This document shows positions 1-17,694 of a DNA stretch of 64,000 bases, one piece after another. Numbering within the stretch: position 1 is the first letter of the stretch; each line of letters opens with the position of its first letter. Source of the DNA: Octopus vulgaris (lineage: Eukaryota); NCBI GenBank assembly GCA_951406725.2, contig OX597827.1, positions 19,158,001 to 19,222,000 of the forward strand, read 5' to 3'. A model generated the notes under the pieces. That model was given only the letters and a program-made list of their open reading frames with translations. It did no database searches and had not been told where the DNA came from. The translations under genes were made by a program, and so were the position numbers.

Positions 1-325
1 TTGTAATGGCGACACGAAGCAGTCATTTCTTATGGCTGGCGATGTTCATTGTCAAGAACATCAAAACAAAAGCAATAAAACAGAAAAGCAAAAGCAGGCA
101 GCCAACCGGTTTACTGATGTTTTTTCGTGACAATGTCTTATGTGTCAATGTGCTGCTGGGTAAAGAGGAAGAATAAAAAGACTAAGAAACTGTAAACATG
201 AAAAAAAAAATTAGAAAGAAAATCAAAAATAGTTCCACTGAAAAAAAAAATTTTAGACTAAATTTATTATGCATGAATTGAGAGAAAAGAGTCAGTGTCT
301 TCATAGACATAGATATATATCATCA

Positions 326-710
326 GTGGAGGCGCAATGGCCCAGTGGTTAGGGCAGCGGACTCGCGGTCCTAGGATCGTGGTTTCGATTCCCAGACCGG
401 GCGTTGTGAGTGTTTATTGAGCGAAAACACCTAAAAGCTCCACGAGGCTCCAGCATGAGGTGGTGGCGATCCCTGCTGTACTCTTTCACCACAACTTTCT
501 CTCACTCTTACTTCCTGTTTCTGTTGTACCTGTATTTCAAAGGGCCGGCCTTGTCACTCTCTGTGTCATGCTGAATATCCCCGAGAACTACGTTAAGGGT
601 ACACGTGTCTGTGGAGTGCTCAGCCACTTCCACGTTAATTTCACGAGCAGGCTGTTCCGTTGATTCGGATCAACCGGAACTCTCATCGTCGTAACCGACG
701 GAGTGCTTCC
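326..710 (+). mobile_element. tRNA(Arg)-derived SINE (family C; resembles octopus OR-type SINEs)
   Basis: Head GGAGGCGCAATGGCCCAGTGGTTAGG..CTCGC..GGTTTCGATTCCC with A box, B box and TCG anticodon; TSD ATATATCATCA at 315-325 and 711-721; near-identical copy at 40347-40730. Confidence 0.9.
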
Positions 711-1378
711 ATATATCATCAGTTATAAACCTTCTACCCAAAAGAGCTTTTAGATCCATAACAAAAGCAGTAACACGACAGAAAAGACAGTCGATGGGAT
801 AAAACAAACGACGAAGTTGATATCAGATATTCAAATAAGTTTGTAGAGCAAATTATACAACACAAAAAATGCAAATTCAAGACGATGAACATAGTATAGA
901 GGAATAAAAAAAAACCCCACCATACACACAATGTATTAGAATGTATTACGTGAACTAAATTCACCCCCTGGCTGTAGAAATAGATGGAACACGTTATCTA
1001 GACTACGTATCAAATAGAATACAGCTTCCATTGCACTCAATCACAATGCGGTATTAATAATACATCATAAAAGCAGATAAAATTAAAAGTCTCTTCATCA
1101 GCAACACGCCACAAGACTATAAGCTGCTGAATAAACTTAAGTAAGATGACTAATGTAATTTACAAATTCATAAGCGATCTAGAAAGTTCTAAACTTCGCC
1201 ACTCTAAGTATTACTTCAGAGAGACACAAACTCGTACTGCCATCAATCGCCTGTTGCCACATACGTCTTATAAATACACACACACAGAAAATATGCGTCA
1301 TTACAATGCATTATAACACGTGACAGACAGACATACACAATACGTCGAATAACATACATACTTACGTACATACATATA

Positions 1379-1422
<44 letters not shown>

Positions 1423-1919
1423 TGAGGTTGTGTGGTGTCTGTCTCCTAGGATTTAGATTCCTAACTACTCCCACATTTTGCGGTGCAGTGTAACCAAAAG
1501 CGGGTATCTTATAGTCGTGATTCATATCGAGCCCTTCTGGGTATTAGCGCGCGTCTACGATAAGTCTACGATTTTAAAAATAATTTAACATAATTTTTTT
1601 ATTCCATTTTAATGCATAATTTTTCGTGTGTCGATGTCAGCGGAGTTGGCGTCCATGGTCACACCTGCACCTGTTTGCTTCTCCCCCTTCTTCCCTCCCT
1701 CGTGAAGCTGTGGGGAAGGGAGTGTAAGGAAATCAACGTCGTAATGCGTTGTCAAGGAGACCAGCGTTCTTTTAGAACAACGACTTCATGGCTTGAAGAC
1801 ACCAAAACAGAAATGGCTAAGAAAGCCCGAATTGGCATCTATAAGGGAAGTAACTCTCTAAAAATGCTTATATAGTTATTTCCCTTACAAACCCGAGCAA
1901 CGCCGGGCGATACTGCTAG
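1379..1919 (+). mobile_element. Non-autonomous Helitron, copy 1 (carries captured LINE fragment)
   Basis: 5' TC after A, then (TA)n AAAAGTGAG; subterminal hairpin CCCGAGCAACGCCGGG at 1892-1907; 3' CTAG followed by T; no TSD. Confidence 0.8.
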
Positions 1920-2319
1920 TATATATATATATATAAAAAGTGAGGTTGTGTGGTGTCTGTCTCCTACGATTTAGATTCCTAACTACTCCCACATTTTGCA
2001 GTGCAGTGTAACCAAAAGCGGGTATCTTATAGTCGTGATTCATACCGAGCCCTTCTGGGTATTAGCGCGCGTCTACGATGAGTCTACGATTTAAAACCTT
2101 TAACCATCATTTTTTCCCATTCTTAATGCATTTTTTTGCTATTATATACGGGAAGTAACTCTCTAAAAATGTATTATTAAATCTCAGAACGTAAAAAGCT
2201 ACAGTAACACCCCATTTTGTGGTTAGCCATATTGAGATGGCTATTATACTTTACATCTCTAAAAATGCTTATATAGTTATTTCCCTTACAAACCCGAGCA
2301 ACGCCGGACGATACTCCTA

Positions 2320-2320
<1 letters not shown>
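1920..2320 (+). mobile_element. Non-autonomous Helitron, tandem copy 2
   Basis: Head-to-tail repeat of the copy 1 5' region and 3' hairpin, CTAG at 2317-2320; different internal segment. Confidence 0.8.
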
Positions 2321-2363
<43 letters not shown>

Positions 2364-2365
<2 letters not shown>

Positions 2366-2764
2366 TCTTTTACTATTTTACTTGTTTCAGTCATTTGACT
2401 GTGGCCATGCTGGAGCACCACCTTTAGTCGAGCAAATCGACACCAGGACTTATTCTTTGTAAGGCTAGTACTTATTCTATCGGTCTCTTTTGCTGAACCG
2501 CTAAGTTACGGGGACGTAAACACACCAGCATCGGTTGTCAAGCGATGTTGGGAGGACAAACACAGACACACAAACACATACACACACATACATATATATA
2601 CATATATACGACGGGCTTCTTTCAGTTTCCGTCTATCAAATCCACTCACAAGGCTTTGGTCGGCCCGAGGCTATAGTAGAAGACACTTGCCCAAGGTGCC
2701 ACGTAGTGGGACTGAACCCTGAACCATGTGGTCGGTAAGCAAGCCACTTACCATACAGCCACTC
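2364..2764 (-). mobile_element. tRNA-derived SINE family A (internal TA/TG microsatellite, GTAAAAGA-repeat tail)
   Basis: Reverse complement of the head GAGTGGCTGTGTGGTAAG..GGTTCAGTCCC; about ten related copies in the window. Confidence 0.85.
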
Positions 2765-2829
2765 ATATATTATACATACATACATGCATACATGCAAACA
2801 TACACATATGTATATACATACACAAGTAA

Positions 2830-3870
2830 GTACATTGGCACGAAATAAGGTGGAAAAAATAGTGGTCGAATACCAAAGGCAGAGTATAATACTATTTTAT
2901 TAAAACCGAAGAAAACTCCAAACAGTCTGTGAAGTGTTTTCGCCTTTAATAACATATTACATGTGTGCTTGTGTCTATACCCCCTCCCCCCCACACACAC
3001 ACACAAACACACATATATGTGTAAGTGTGTGTATATATATATACATATATCTTTTAAATTTGTTTACGGGAAACGTTTTGAATATGCAAATAATGCTTCT
3101 ATACCATTATGCCGGCCACAGCCTATGTTGCTGACTAATGAACCAGTTTTGGGGGGTTGCATGGAGCTGTACTGATATACTATAGGATAAATATAGTAAT
3201 AGTAACAATAATCCTTGGACGGAATTTATAAACATTTAATGCATCGCTACGCGCGTTTCCACAAATCACATGTCTCTTAAGATCATAGTCCGTATTCCTA
3301 AGATGAGTACAGTATAGTCCGTAGTATCATATGTATATATATCAAATATGTATATATATATATACACACACATACACATATATGTGTGTTTGTGTGTGGG
3401 GGGTATAGACACACGCACACATGTAATATGTTATTAAAGGCGAAAACACTTCACAAACTGTTTGGAGCTTTCTTCGGTTTTAATAAAATAGTATCATATC
3501 CATAAAGATCATCAACCCGATGCCCACAGATACCACGGACTACACTAATCAGGATAAATATAATTATAGTAACAATAATCCTTGGAAGGAATTTATAAAC
3601 ATTTAATGCATCGCTACGCGCGTTTCCACAAATCACATGTCTCTTAAGATCATAGTCCGTATTCCTAAGATGATTACAGTATAGTCCGTAGTATCATATC
3701 CATAAAGATCATCAACCCGATGCCCACGGTTACCACAGACTACACTGTAATCATCTCAGGAATACGAACTATGATCTTAAGAGTCATGTGATTTGTGGAA
3801 GCGCATGTGATTTGTGGATGCATTAAATGTTTATAAATTCCGTGTAAGGATTATTGTTATTGTTACTATT
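2830..3870. repeat. Mosaic of inverted and direct repeats, probably Penelope-like pseudo-LTR debris
   Basis: 2891-3050 inverted to 3345-3492; 3185-3330 direct to 3550-3700; 3740-3870 inverted to 3560-3680. Confidence 0.5.
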
Positions 3871-4064
3871 TGCAGGCTAACCGTAAGGTCAAGATACATT
3901 AGCGAAAATTTTCAATGATTTTATTCAGCTACATTAATAAATAATATTTTCAACATGGCTTCCACCATCAATGATGCAATGTTCGATGTACTTTGCGAGA
4001 TTCACATGAACCCGATGCAGTAACTCCACATTTCCGTCAATTTCAACACATTCACTTATGAAAC

Positions 4065-4867
4065 CAGAGGGTTTCAACCATTTTTTTGTCTATCGACCCC
4101 TTGGTTTACTATTTTATTCTAGTGAAACCCCATAACCATTCGAGGATCTTTTCGGTTTGAACGGCAGTTTTTAAACATAACTTCTAGGTAACTAAAAAGT
4201 TTTAAACTTCGTATACTGGTAGAATGTGTTTATAAAACATTTTTCTCTTGGCTTTATTGAGAAAATTCTATAGATTGTAGATTTGTCGTCAGATATTTTC
4301 TTCAATTTCTGCAATTTCAACCAATCAATGACGTCTATTCAGTTAAAAAGCATTCTGTGCCGTATGAATATGTCCCTCGTTTAAGAAACAGATTGGGTTT
4401 ATTTACATTTGTGAAGAAAAAAAGATACCCTTCCCCCACCCCTAACCTTAACTAACCCTAACTCTAAAACAGATCGATACTAGGGTTATAATTATGGGTG
4501 ACAATTTCATATGACACCGTTAGAAAAAAACTGCCGTTCAAACCGAAAAGATCCCCATTCGATATTTAAGAATTGAATTTATAGATACTTCATTCAAAAT
4601 TCTTATTATGTTCTTCACCCGTTCACTTGTATAGATTTGCAATAGCATTCTCTAAGAGAAAATGTTTCCATGGCCGGAAACATATTAATCTTTGTAAAAT
4701 GTTACAGAAAGCTGTTTATTGCAATAAATACATGTAAAGCAAGTTTTTTTTTCGTGGACCCTTAAAATACTTCTGTGGACCCTCAATTTACTCTTTTGCT
4801 TGTGTGGACCCTAAAAATTGTTATATGGACACACAAGCGCCATATGGACCCCGGTTGAGAATTACTG
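4065..4867. mobile_element. hAT (Charlie-like) non-autonomous element, interrupted by a MITE
   Basis: Degenerate TIRs CAGAGGGTTTCAACC and GGTTGAGAATTACTG; internal GGACCC subrepeats. Confidence 0.55.
4144..4554 (+). mobile_element. MITE with GGATCTTTTCGGTTTGAACGGCAGTTTT TIRs and internal (CCCTAA)n (Merlin-like)
   Basis: About 28-bp TIRs; perfect 8-bp TSD CCATTCGA at 4136-4143 and 4555-4562. Confidence 0.9.
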
Positions 4868-4883
4868 CTTTTGATTCATACCT

Positions 4884-5112
4884 ATTTCTTTACTACCACA
4901 AGGGGCTAAACACAGAGTGGACAAACAAGGACAGACAAACGGATTAAGTTGATTACATTGACCCCAGCGCGTAACTGGTACTTAATTTATCGACCCCGGA
5001 AGGATGAAAGGCAAAGTGGACCGCGGCGGAATTTGAACTCAGAACGCAGCGGTGGACGAGATACCGCAAAACATTTCGCCCGGCGTTCTAACGTTTCTGC
5101 CAGCTCGCCGCC
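4884..5112 (-). mobile_element. tRNA-derived SINE family B (Deu/Nin-like core) with Tx1-like tail1
   Basis: Head GGCGGCGAGCTGGCAGAA..GAGTTCAAATTCC; core GTC(G)ACTTTGCCTTTCATCCTT; TSD ATTCATACCT at 4874-4883 and 5116-5125. Confidence 0.88.
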
Positions 5113-5125
5113 TTAATTCATACCT

Positions 5126-5306
5126 GTGCACCTTCTCCTTCAGCATACTCCCAAAAAAAGAAGTCAAGTGGGCTAATATCTGGTGACCGAGAAACCAATT
5201 CCACAAGAATATAAGGGATATTTTCCCTGTATCCAGACTTTATGGTCACCTTGTGTATATGATAGCCAAAAAAATGACCAGGGTGAAAAACATTCGTTGA
5301 TAACAC
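5126..5306 (-). pseudogene. Tc1/mariner transposase remnant
   Basis: Motif SRSPDISPLDFFFWEY resembles WPPRSPDLTPLDFFLWG; probable continuation near 3870-4060. Confidence 0.55.
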
Positions 5307-5540
5307 AATTACCGTATATGGAATGTTTACATCAAAGATTCTAAATGCTTAGTCATAGAAAGTATATTAATAGCAAAACAATATAGAGGGCAAAATTCAG
5401 CACAGAGATAGTGGACCTTAGCAACAAACTAATACCAGTAACCACATCAAATCTGTTATATGATTGATGAAAGAAACTTGTGTCGGTGATCAGGACAGAC
5501 AGATACACAGGCAGGCAGCCAGGCAGGGAAATAGACAAGC

Positions 5541-5611
<71 letters not shown>

Positions 5612-5728
5612 AACGTGCAGACGGAGAGAGAGACAGGCAAACGGACGGACAGAGAAACAAACGGACAGAAAGTTGGACAGGTAGAAAGAAAGAAAGAAAA
5701 AAAGGAAGGAAGGAAGAAAGGAAAGAAT

Positions 5729-10685
<4,957 letters not shown>

Positions 10686-10779
<94 letters not shown>

Positions 10780-10806
10780 TGTTTCTTTATTAGCCACACA
10801 GGGCTG
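10686..10806 (-). mobile_element. Minimal 3'-end fragment of the Tx1 LINE plus (GATA)n tract
   Basis: 10779-10806 reads AGCCCTGTGTGGCTAATAAAGAAAC on the minus strand, matching the LINE terminus, then (TATC)n. Confidence 0.75.
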
Positions 10807-10890
10807 AGATATCATCTCAGAAATAGTTTTCTTAATTCCCTTTCTCTTCGCCAACAAATGCAGACTTACTTATATTACAGTAAATTACTT

Positions 10891-11294
10891 GGATCTTTTT
10901 GGTTTGAACGGCAGTTTTTCTAGCGGCGTCATATGAAATTGTCACCCATAATTATGACCCTAGTATCGATCTATTGCATTTCAATCTCTTTTAGGGTTAG
11001 TTAGGGTTAGGGTATTTTTTTCTTCACAAATGTAAATAAACCCAATCTGTTTCTTAAACGAGGGACATATTCATACGGCACAGAATGTTTTTTACCTCAA
11101 TGGACGTCAGTGATTGGTTGAAATTGGAGAAATTGAAGAAAAAGAGCAACAAATATCTTACAAACTATAGAATTTTCTCAATAAAGCCAAGAGAAAAAGA
11201 TGTTTTATAAACACATTCTACCAGTATACGAAGTTTAAAATTTTTAGTTACCTAGAAATTATGTTAAAAACTGCCGTTCAAACCAAAAAGATCC
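10891..11294 (-). mobile_element. Telomere-repeat MITE copy
   Basis: Both TIRs present; internal TTAGGG repeats; TSD not recognisable. Confidence 0.88.
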
Positions 11295-11818
11295 GTCAAA
11301 TCATTTACACATGTCAAATAAACTTTATTTTCATTTACATATTTTCTACGTTATCTCAGTAACTGGCTATAGTTATTTCAAATACACTTCTCTACAACGA
11401 CCAGGTTTCATTAGAAAATGAAAATAGTTTCACACTTTCAATTTGAACTGAAATTACAAAGTGCTGCATTACGAGAGTGACGATGTGTGAATAATGAAAG
11501 TAATGTTTCTCCGTATTAGTCACATCCGTATTATAATAAAGAAATCTGCTTATTATCTATCTAGCAAATAAACTATGTTTTTGACTCAACAACTCTTTTT
11601 TACAACTAAAATAACCTCGGCAACTACGTTGGGTCGCACAATTTTCAGGTCATATTCGGACAATATTTCGAGTTGCTTCCAATGCTTCACTTTCGTCCGA
11701 TAATTCACGCATGCGTAGAATTCTAATCAAACATTTATGAAAATGTACACATAAATATTGTATTAAAATAAACCACAACCAAAAGACATCCATTTTTCTA
11801 TGTTATGAGGAAATACAG

Positions 11819-11865
<47 letters not shown>

Positions 11866-12028
11866 CTCTCTCTTCTCTCTCTTTTTCTCTCTCTTCTCTC
11901 CCTTTCTCTCTCTCTCTTCTCTCTCTTTCTCTCTCTCTCTTTCTCTCTTTCTCTCACACACATACACACACAAAACATATATGTATATGTATTTATGGGC
12001 GAAGGTAAAGAATACGCACTCCCGATTC

Positions 12029-12123
<95 letters not shown>

Positions 12124-12249
12124 TACTACAGCTACTAGTGGAGATGTGGTGTTTTCTCATCTGTTTCTGATTTTGGGCATAAAGATTATTTGATATACCA
12201 TCTCCAGAGTTTTGACTGATGGAGTTTGTTTTCCTTTCTGCTGTTACTA

Positions 12250-12695
12250 TTGCTTTGCATTTTCGTTTTTCCGGTAGATTTTCTCTTGGTCTTTCCAGTT
12301 CTTCCGAGCATTATGCTGTGTGGTAAGATTTACTCCAACAAATGTAACGAGAGGGCTCTGTGTCATTAACCTCCCAGCACCTTCTTCAACAGTTCTGTTA
12401 TGGTAGTGTGGTCTTCGGTTGTCATTATGATTTGCAAAAACATTTTGACATCCTCTGACCATTTTGTTTGTCCAGCTTCGACCACTCTCCTTTACTACGA
12501 TACAAAAGTTTCTGCTAGTCTCAGATCTACGTCGTTTCCGATAACTCTTATAATAACTCTTGTAGTTCTTTGAACCATGTACTATGCACAAATACATACG
12601 CAGATACATGCCCCACAACTTCAGCCTACATTTTGACTGGGTCTTCAATTTTAAAGGTACAGCAAATATAACGCCATAACTAACGGTATTTTCAA
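12250..12695 (-). pseudogene. Possible degraded BEL/Pao integrase remnant
   Basis: YGVIF and GRSWTNKMVRGCQ weakly resemble the Pao motifs RYGVIFTC and GGVWERLVRSCK. Confidence 0.3.
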
Positions 12696-12697
12696 TA

Positions 12698-12862
12698 GGT
12701 GCAGGAGTGGCTGTGTGGTAAGTTGCTTGTTTACCAACCACATGGTTCCGGGTTCAGTCCCACTGCGTGGCACCTTGGGCAAGTGTCTTCTACTATAGCC
12801 TCGGGCCGACCAAAGCCTTGTGAATGGATTTGGTAGACGGAAACTGAAAGAAGCCCGTCGTA

Positions 12863-12926
<64 letters not shown>

Positions 12927-13144
12927 TGTGTGTGTTTGTGTGTCTGTGTTTGTCCCCCTAGCATTGTTTGACAACCGATGCTGGTGTGTTTATGTCCCCG
13001 TTACTTAGCGGTTCGGCAAAAGAGACCGATCGAATAAGTACTAGGCCTACAAAAGAATAAGTCCCGGGGTCGAGTTGCTCGATTAAAGGCGGTGCTCCAG
13101 CATGGCCGCAGTCAAATGACTGAAACAATTAAAAGAGTAAAGAG
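12698..13144 (+). mobile_element. SINE family A, full length
   Basis: tRNA-like head, internal (TA)n, tail AAAAGAGTAAAGAG. Confidence 0.9.
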
Positions 13145-13429
13145 ATTATATGTTTTGATATGATTTCCGCCTGGGTCGACATCGCCGTTCCTCCTTCCGG
13201 GGTCAATAAAATAAATGCCTACCATATACTAGGGTCGACACGATGGACTGTTCCTGTTGCCAAAGCGTGTGATTTTGTGCCTAAAGTTGCTAACCAATAA
13301 TATTTTTATGTATCTAACAGATAAGGAAGACAACTCAGGATATGTCGCTCCTTGTAGCCCAACACTTTACTGTTTCATATGTATTTTACTATTTCTGCAA
13401 AACAGATCTTATTAATTTTTTCAAATTTC

Positions 13430-13825
13430 GCCAGAAGGCCAACGATTTTGTGAGGAAAGGGTTAGACAATCACATCAATCCCAGTGCTCAAATAGTACTT
13501 CATTTTATCAACCCCGAAAGGATTAAAGGCAAAATCGACGTCGGCGGTATTTGGACCCCGATTGTAGAGGGCAGGAAGAAATGCCACCAACCGTTTTGTC
13601 CAATGCACTAACAATTCCACCCGCTCGGGCTTCAAATTTTAATCCAAAGTTAATAATTTTGAGAGTGGACGATTATATCGACCCCAGTGCTCAAAAGGTA
13701 CTTATTTTATTGACACCGAAAAGTTGAAATGCAAATTCGGCATCATTTGAACTCGGAAGAAATATCACTAAGAAGAAACATCGCTAGGCATTTTGCTCGA
13801 CGCACTAACGATTCTGCCAACTCCA
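13430..13825 (-). mobile_element. Two degenerate SINE family B copies
   Basis: Diverged CCCCGAAAGGAT..AAAGGCAAA core present twice. Confidence 0.65.
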
Positions 13826-13930
13826 TATTGACAGACGTTACTAATTAAAGCATTACCTCTAACTATTTCTTCAAAATCATTGACCTTACAAATTTATTTT
13901 CTTTTCTTCTTTTAGAAAACAATAACCAAA

Positions 13931-14363
13931 GGATCTTTTCGGTTTGAACGGCAGTTTTTAACATAATTTCTAGGTACTTAAAAAAATTTTAAACTTCATA
14001 TACTGATAGAATGTGTTTTTAAAACATCTTTTTCTCTTGGCTTTATTGAGAAAATTCTATGGTTTGTAAGATATTTGTTGTTTTTTTTTCTTCAATTTCT
14101 GCAATTTCAACCAATCAGTGACGTCTATTGAGCTACAAAACATTCTGTGCCGTATGAATATGTCCCTCGTTTAAAAAACAGATTGGGTTTATTTACATTT
14201 GAGAAGAAAAAAAGATACCCCTCCCCCACCCCTAACCCAAACCCTAACTAACCCTAACCTTAAAACAGATTGAAATGCAATAGATCGATACTAGGGTCAT
14301 AATTATGGGTGACAATTTCATATGACACTGCTAGAAAAACTGCCGTTCAAACCGAAAAGATCC
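13931..14363 (+). mobile_element. Telomere-repeat MITE copy
   Basis: Both TIRs; degenerate 8-bp TSD TAACCAAA/CAACGAAA. Confidence 0.9.
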
Positions 14364-14612
14364 CAACGAAAAACTTGGCAAGTAAAGATCAAGAATGATC
14401 GCCAGCTTTTGAGAATTTTATACGGTTTGCAGGCTAAGAGTATCTAAGAACAGGCTTTTCTTTACTGAAATCATTTGCTTGGTAACGACCTGTAAAGCGA
14501 CCATCCTACTGTTTGATAAAGAGATTAACTCCGCCGATCCACAAATATGACATTTCGCCCAATCAACAGATTTTGTTTTTATCAACAACATTCCATTGAT
14601 TATATATGTTTT

Positions 14613-14653
<41 letters not shown>

Positions 14654-14678
14654 GCATATATATATATATATATACATG

Positions 14679-14730
<52 letters not shown>

Positions 14731-14761
14731 CATATATACAAATATATATGTGTGTGTATAC

Positions 14762-14853
<92 letters not shown>

Positions 14854-14870
14854 GTGTGTATGTATGTGTG

Positions 14871-14942
<72 letters not shown>

Positions 14943-15900
14943 AGAGAAAGAGATGAGAGCGAGTAGGTGGGTGAGTGAGTGAGTGAGTGAGTATGTGTGA
15001 GAGTGAGTGAGTGAGTGAGTGAGTGAGTGAGTGAGAAAAGCAGGTAAACTGACAGACAATGAATTATTAATGACGAAAACGAATCGTAGAATGACATACA
15101 GAAGGCAAAATAAAATACAGAAGTAAATCTCTACGGACACATGAGAATGTCTTTCCCCCACCCCACCTTACATCCAGACAGAGAAAGAGGGAAAGAGAGA
15201 AAGAGAGAGAGAGAGAGGTGGTTGGGTGGGGTGGAGTGGTGTGGGGAAGAATAAAGTCGTTCTCATTAATCAAATGAAAAGGTCTAAAATTGAGATATTG
15301 ATTCCAGGGGGAGTAAAACGAAATAAAACAAAGAAACGGAAGAAGCAGACGACAGTGGATTAGCAGAAAAAAAAAGGAAGAAAAAAAAGAAAAGGAAATG
15401 ATAAAAAAATAATAACTCGACAAATCTAGGCGTTGAAAGCTTTGCAAAATGACTGGCATTTAGGCTTCCTTCTTTCAAACATGCATACATACATACTTGC
15501 ATATATATATATATATATATATACAGAGCAGACAAACAGGGAGTGAGATACATACATACATACATGCAAACATACGTGCATGCATGCACGCTCGCACACA
15601 CGCATACATACATACATACATACATACGTACGTACATACGTACATACATACATACATAGGTACATACATACATACATACATACATACATTCATACATACA
15701 TTCATATAAACGTCCATACACATACATATACATACATCGTATATATATATATATGTATGTATGTATGTATATATGTGTGTGTGTGTGTATTTAGAGAGAG
15801 AGAGCTAGATAGACAGATATATTTATAAAATATATTTACACACAAACACATTTATATAGATATCAATATATTTGTATATATGTGTGTACACACACACACA

Positions 15901-15941
<41 letters not shown>

Positions 15942-16289
15942 CATATTACTGTATCTATGTATGCATCTGCATACATATACCCACACCCCACGCACACACA
16001 CACATACACACACACACACACACATTTATATACGTATCAGAATGGGTGAGAGAGGGAGAGAGGGAGAGAGGGAGAGAGAGAGAGAGAGCTCATTAATCTT
16101 GAGTAATGGAGCTCATTAATTTTCAATAATGCTCAGAGCGGATAATGGGACAATCGGGGACGAACCATTACTCTGAGGTCAAAAAGGAATGGTGGAGTGG
16201 GGTGGGGGTCGTCCGTATGTAAGGTAACCCCAGTTGTATAATCACGTGACGAAATTAAAGCCGATTAACAGACTACGATTATACTAGCG

Positions 16290-16512
16290 ATGATGAGGAT
16301 GACGACGATAGAATGGATGATGATGATGATGATGGGGAGGAGGATGGTGATGATAGTGATGCAGACGACGACGATGATAATTGCGATATGATGATGAAGA
16401 CGATGATGACGATGACGATGACGATGATGATGATGATGATGATGATGATGTTGATAATGATGATGATGATGATGATGATGACGATGATGACGATGATGAT
16501 AAAGACGATGAA

Positions 16513-16554
<42 letters not shown>

Positions 16555-16810
16555 ACGATGACGATGATGATGATGATGATGATGATGAAGACGATGATGA
16601 CGACGATGATGATGAAGACGATGATGATGATGATGACGACGATGATGACGATGATGATGATGATGATGAAGACGATGATGATGAAGACGATGATGACGAT
16701 GACGATGATGAAGACGATGATGATGATAAAGACGTTGATGATGATGATGACGACGATGATGACGATGATGATGATGAAGACGATGACGATGCTGATGCTG
16801 ACACTGATGT
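16290..16810. repeat. Compound (ATG/ACG)n trinucleotide array
   Basis: Direct observation. Confidence 0.95.
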
Positions 16811-17478
16811 AGTTATTTTTATTCCTATTTTGTTGCAATTGTTGCCAGTGTTGTAGCTATGTCAGTATGTGTGTGAGTGTGTGTGAGTATATGTGTGTGT
16901 GAGTGTGTGTGTGTGAGGGATGTGTGTGCGTGTGTGTTTGTGAGTGTATGTGTGTGCGTGTATGAATGAGTGTGTATGTGTGAGTTAATATGTGTATGTG
17001 AGTGTGCATGTGTGAGTGAGAGAGTGTGTGAGTGTCTGTGTGTGCGTGTGTGAATGAGTGAGTGTTTGTGTGTGCTCGTGTGTGTGCATGTGTGAGAATA
17101 AGTATGTGTGTGTGAGTGTGTGTATGAGTGTGTGAGTGAGTGTGTGTATGAGTGAGTAAGCGTGTGTGAGTGAGCGTGTGAATGTGCGTGCATGTGTGTG
17201 TGAGTTAGTGTACGTGCGCAAAAGTGTGTAGGTGTGTGAATGTGTGTGAGCGTGCGAAGGTGCGTGAGTGTGTGAATATGTGTATGCATGTGAGTGTGTG
17301 TGTGTGAGTGTGTGTCTGTGTGCGTGAGTGAGTACGTGTGTGTGTGAGAGAGTGCGTGTGTGTGTGTGTGTTTCCATTTGTTTTCTCTTTTTGTTTTTGG
17401 TGGCATGGGGAAGCCATGTTGCTTTCCTTGTTGTTGTTGTGATTGTTGTTGTGGTTGTTAGTGTTATTTTCTTTGTTA

Positions 17479-17650
17479 GGCGTAGGAGTGGCTGTGTGGT
17501 AAGTAGCTTGCTTACAGACCACATGGTCCTGGGTTCAGTCCCACTGCGTGGCACCTTGGGCAAGTGTCTTTTACAATAGCCTCGGGCCAACCAAAGCCTT
17601 GTAAGTGGATTTGGTAGACGGAAACTGAAAGAAGCCCGTCGTATATATGT

Positions 17651-17694
<44 letters not shown>

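Noticed and set aside
326-405. Possible tRNA-Arg gene (also at 40347)
   Set aside because: Acceptor stem does not close, the sequence continues into a shared body of about 300 bp, and TSDs flank it, so it is a SINE head
14418-15828. Long ORFs of YI, MYVC and HT repeats (also at 23-24, 29, 31-34 and 44-50 kb)
   Set aside because: Translations of stop-free microsatellites; no domain, splice or codon-usage support
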